DNA of 63,463 nucleotides, filler included, from Reclinomonas americana ATCC 50394 (Eukaryota): NCBI GenBank assembly GCA_048213135.1. It is 6 parts of 2 records of this genome, joined end to end, with 100 filler letters (N's around TTAATTAATTAA, not from the genome) between each part and the next. Parts side by side here need not be neighbours in the genome. Positions count along the whole stretch, not along the records: positions 60,154 to 62,263 come from PS015253.1; positions 62,364 to 63,463 come from PS015254.1; 4 more parts are not named here. One strand, 5' to 3'. Shown piece by piece: positions 60,758 to 63,463 of this stretch (position 1 is its first letter; each line of letters starts with the position of its first letter). The notes under the pieces were generated by a model. It saw only the letters and a program-made list of their open reading frames with translations, ran no database searches and was not told where the DNA came from. The position numbers and the translations under genes were made by a program.

Positions 60758-62097
60758 TTAGCAGGTGCTGGCGCAGCCAGTCTTCGAGCCGTCGACGGTG
60801 GAGAAGACGGCGATGTTCAGGCCGGCGGTCGGGCACAGGATGCCGTCGGCGCGGCACTCGCAGTGAGCGCCAGTGTTGCCAGCGTTGCACACGCAGTTGC
60901 CGCTGACGCACTTGCCACCGTCAATCACGTTGCCGTTGCCAGACTTGGCACCGAGGGTCTGGGCCAGGCAGTCGTTGTCGACCGCGCAGGTGGCCGGCAA
61001 GTCGCAGGCGGGGCCATGGAAGTTCTTGTTGCAGGCGCAGCAGCCGGTGGCGTCGCACGTGCCGTTGCCGTTGCAGGTCGACGAGGCCAGGCAGTACTTG
61101 GAGCATGACGCGCCAAAGTAGTTGGTGTTGCACACGCACGCACCGTTGCTGTCGCAGGTGCCGTTGCCGTTGCAGGTGGGCGAGGCCTTGCAGTACTTGT
61201 CGCACTTGGCACCATAGTAGTACGGCTTGCACTGGTTGCAGTTGGCACCAGTGAAGTTGCCAGTGCACACGCAGGCGCCAGCGCTGTCGCACGTGCCGTT
61301 GCCGTTGCAGGTGGTCGAGGCCTGGCAGAAGGTGGCGCAAGTCGCACCAAAGTAGTTCGGCTTGCACTGGTTGCACCCAGCGCCAGTGAAGTTGCCAGTG
61401 CACACGCACGAGCCATTGGAGTCGCACGAGCCGTTGCCGTTGCAGGTGACCGAGGCCTTGCAGAAGGTGCCGCAGTTCGGGCCGTAGAAGCACGAGGTGC
61501 ACGTGCAAGTGTTGTCAGGGTTGCAGGTGCCGTGGTTGTTGCAGCCGGCCGCATCCAGGCAGCGCTTGTTGCAGCTGTCGCCGTAGAAACCAGCGTTGCA
61601 GACGCAGGCACCGGCGGCATTGCACGAGCCATTGTTGCTGCAGGTCTGCACCGGGTGGCTAGTGGCAAGTTCAAATTCGATAATGAGATATCGAAAATAG
61701 ACGAGGGGGAGAAAGGCAGGAAGAGGGAGGCGCTCACCAAGTGCAGAAAGGACCAGCCCACGGAGCGCACACGTTGTTGTTGCCGCCGAGGTTGAAGCAG
61801 TTCTGTGTGGTGAGAGAGTCGCCCCAAGTCAGCATTCGGAAAAACTGCAAGTTGTCAGCAGTGAAATGCAGAAGACGCAACGTTGTAGCAAGCGCACACG
61901 TTGGGTGTGACGGTCTTGTCGCAAGTGCCCTGCAGAATAAAAGAGAAAAAGAGTGAGATTCGTTGTCAGAGAGAGAAGTGGGAGCAGGGCAAACTCACGT
62001 TCGAGTTGCACTCGTTGCCCTTGGGGCACAGGCCACCCTGAGCGTGGGCGACGGCCACAATGGCCAGGAAAAGCGCGAGGCAGGCAATGAACTTCAT
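60758..62097 (-). CDS. Secreted cysteine-rich EGF/laminin-EGF repeat protein
   Basis: Signal peptide MKFIACLALFLAIVAVAHA; repeats such as TCNGNGTCDSxGACVCTGNFTGAxCNQCKPxYxGAxC; no TM anchor before the stop. Confidence 0.88.
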
Positions 62098-62453
62098 GAT
62101 AAGGAGACGAGGTTTGCTCTCGAGGACGAGTAGATGCTTGAAACGAAGTTGAACCCCGCCCGCGAGTCCAAGGCAAGGCGTGGACAATAACCGAATGCAG
62201 GCTGATGTTCGGGATGGTCATTCTGGGATGCGTCTCGATTTGACCATCCCGAACACGAGTCCANNNNNNNNNNNNNNNNNNNNNNNNNNNNNNNNNNNNN
62301 NNNNNNNTTAATTAATTAANNNNNNNNNNNNNNNNNNNNNNNNNNNNNNNNNNNNNNNNNNNNTGCGATCATCGGGCACTGTGGTGTACTCGCGACCCTC
62401 GAGAGAGACCACTTGTGGCGTGTGAATACCTGTTGCAATGAAGGGCAAGTGGG

Positions 62454-63463
62454 CTATGCATCTAGGAGAGGAACATAAACTCGGAGTAGCGAACCTGTGC
62501 GTAATGCAGTCGACATGGATTCGGCGGCACTCTCGGTCGACAAATCACTCGCTCCAGTGGCTTCCACTTTCCTCGGCGGTGGTCTGTACATTGACAGCAC
62601 GACGCTCGGTGCGGCAGACGTGTGCGTCGCCAAATCGGCACTCGTGGACTCGTCATCCACTTCGGTAATGTCCGTGGCATCGTCGGTGGGGGCGGCGGCC
62701 GCCGGCGCACCCACACGCCAGTCCGTCACTTGTTCGCGCATCTTTCGTTCCTCCTGAAGCGCGGCAGTACGTCAGCAGAGGAGGGACAACCACAAATAAA
62801 TGCGCAGAGCAGCGAGACCTCGGCGGTGAGCATGGACTCGGCGTCGTCGATTCGCAGACTGCCGAGAGTCTCCAAGTCGGCGGCCGACAGGTCGCCACGC
62901 AGCATGGTGACTGCATTGCCGACCATCAGGCCGTGCGTCAGAAACTCCACCTGTGCACTTCCATGTTGAGAAGCCACGGGGCGACAACAGCAGCAGTCGT
63001 GATATGATGGTTACTCACCCATTTCTGATACATGGGAATGGAGGTGGCCTGCACCTGGATGCGTCCGTGCTGCCCCAGCACCGATGCCGTGAGCGTGGCA
63101 GCGTCGAAAGAAATATCCACATCGAAAAAGTCCACGGTCTCCGTGGCCGTAAAAGTCTGTACCCAAGTGGATGACGATGAGTGCGAGAGCGAGATTCATC
63201 AACTCACCAATCGCCCTCCTCCAACAACCAACCGCGTCGTTGGCAAAAATGCTGATAAAGAAGCACGTGGCCACGACAAAGCGCACGGCACTGTTGCGTC
63301 CCGACAGGTGCACCATTTGCTCCTCCAGTACCTCGTCACGCCGCTCCGCAAATCGCATCACCGACCAGCTCCACCGCTCTAGCCTGCTTCGCTCCAGTGC
63401 AATGGCGTCCATCCAGCGCTGACGTGCGGCCGCGCTCACCGCCAGCAGGCGGAAGCGGCGGAA
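62454..63463 (-). CDS. Hypothetical multi-exon protein, 5' partial, possibly the end of a PH domain
   Basis: FRLLAVSAAARQRWMDAI resembles the C-terminal strand/helix of PH domains; followed by beta-rich exons and an acidic tail. Confidence 0.45.

Overview
Eukaryotic (protist-like) genomic DNA: GC-rich exons, many short GT-AG introns, and introns/intergenic DNA full of (GT)n and (CT)n microsatellites. The window is a concatenation of six scaffold pieces joined by artificial N-TTAATTAATTAA-N spacers, so adjacency across the spacers has no biological meaning. Recognisable genes are TFIIB-like, a TPR protein, an FCP1/NIF-like HAD protein, JMJD5, GRHPR, a USP deubiquitinase, RAD51, a SHIPPO/ODF3-like protein, PRCP, a MAP2K-like kinase, TRM5, MTHFS, LMBR1-like and two tandem secreted EGF-repeat genes, plus several hypothetical genes. 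The main discovery is not visible in the ORF track. Splicing five small upstream exons onto the 1454-aa ORF gives a ~1702-aa NLR/STAND protein: caspase-like C14 protease (His and Cys both present), NACHT, pentapeptide repeats, then ~19 WD40 repeats showing signs of concerted evolution. This is a candidate single-chain sensor-protease immune/cell-death module in a protist. All gene models were built by hand and need RNA confirmation.
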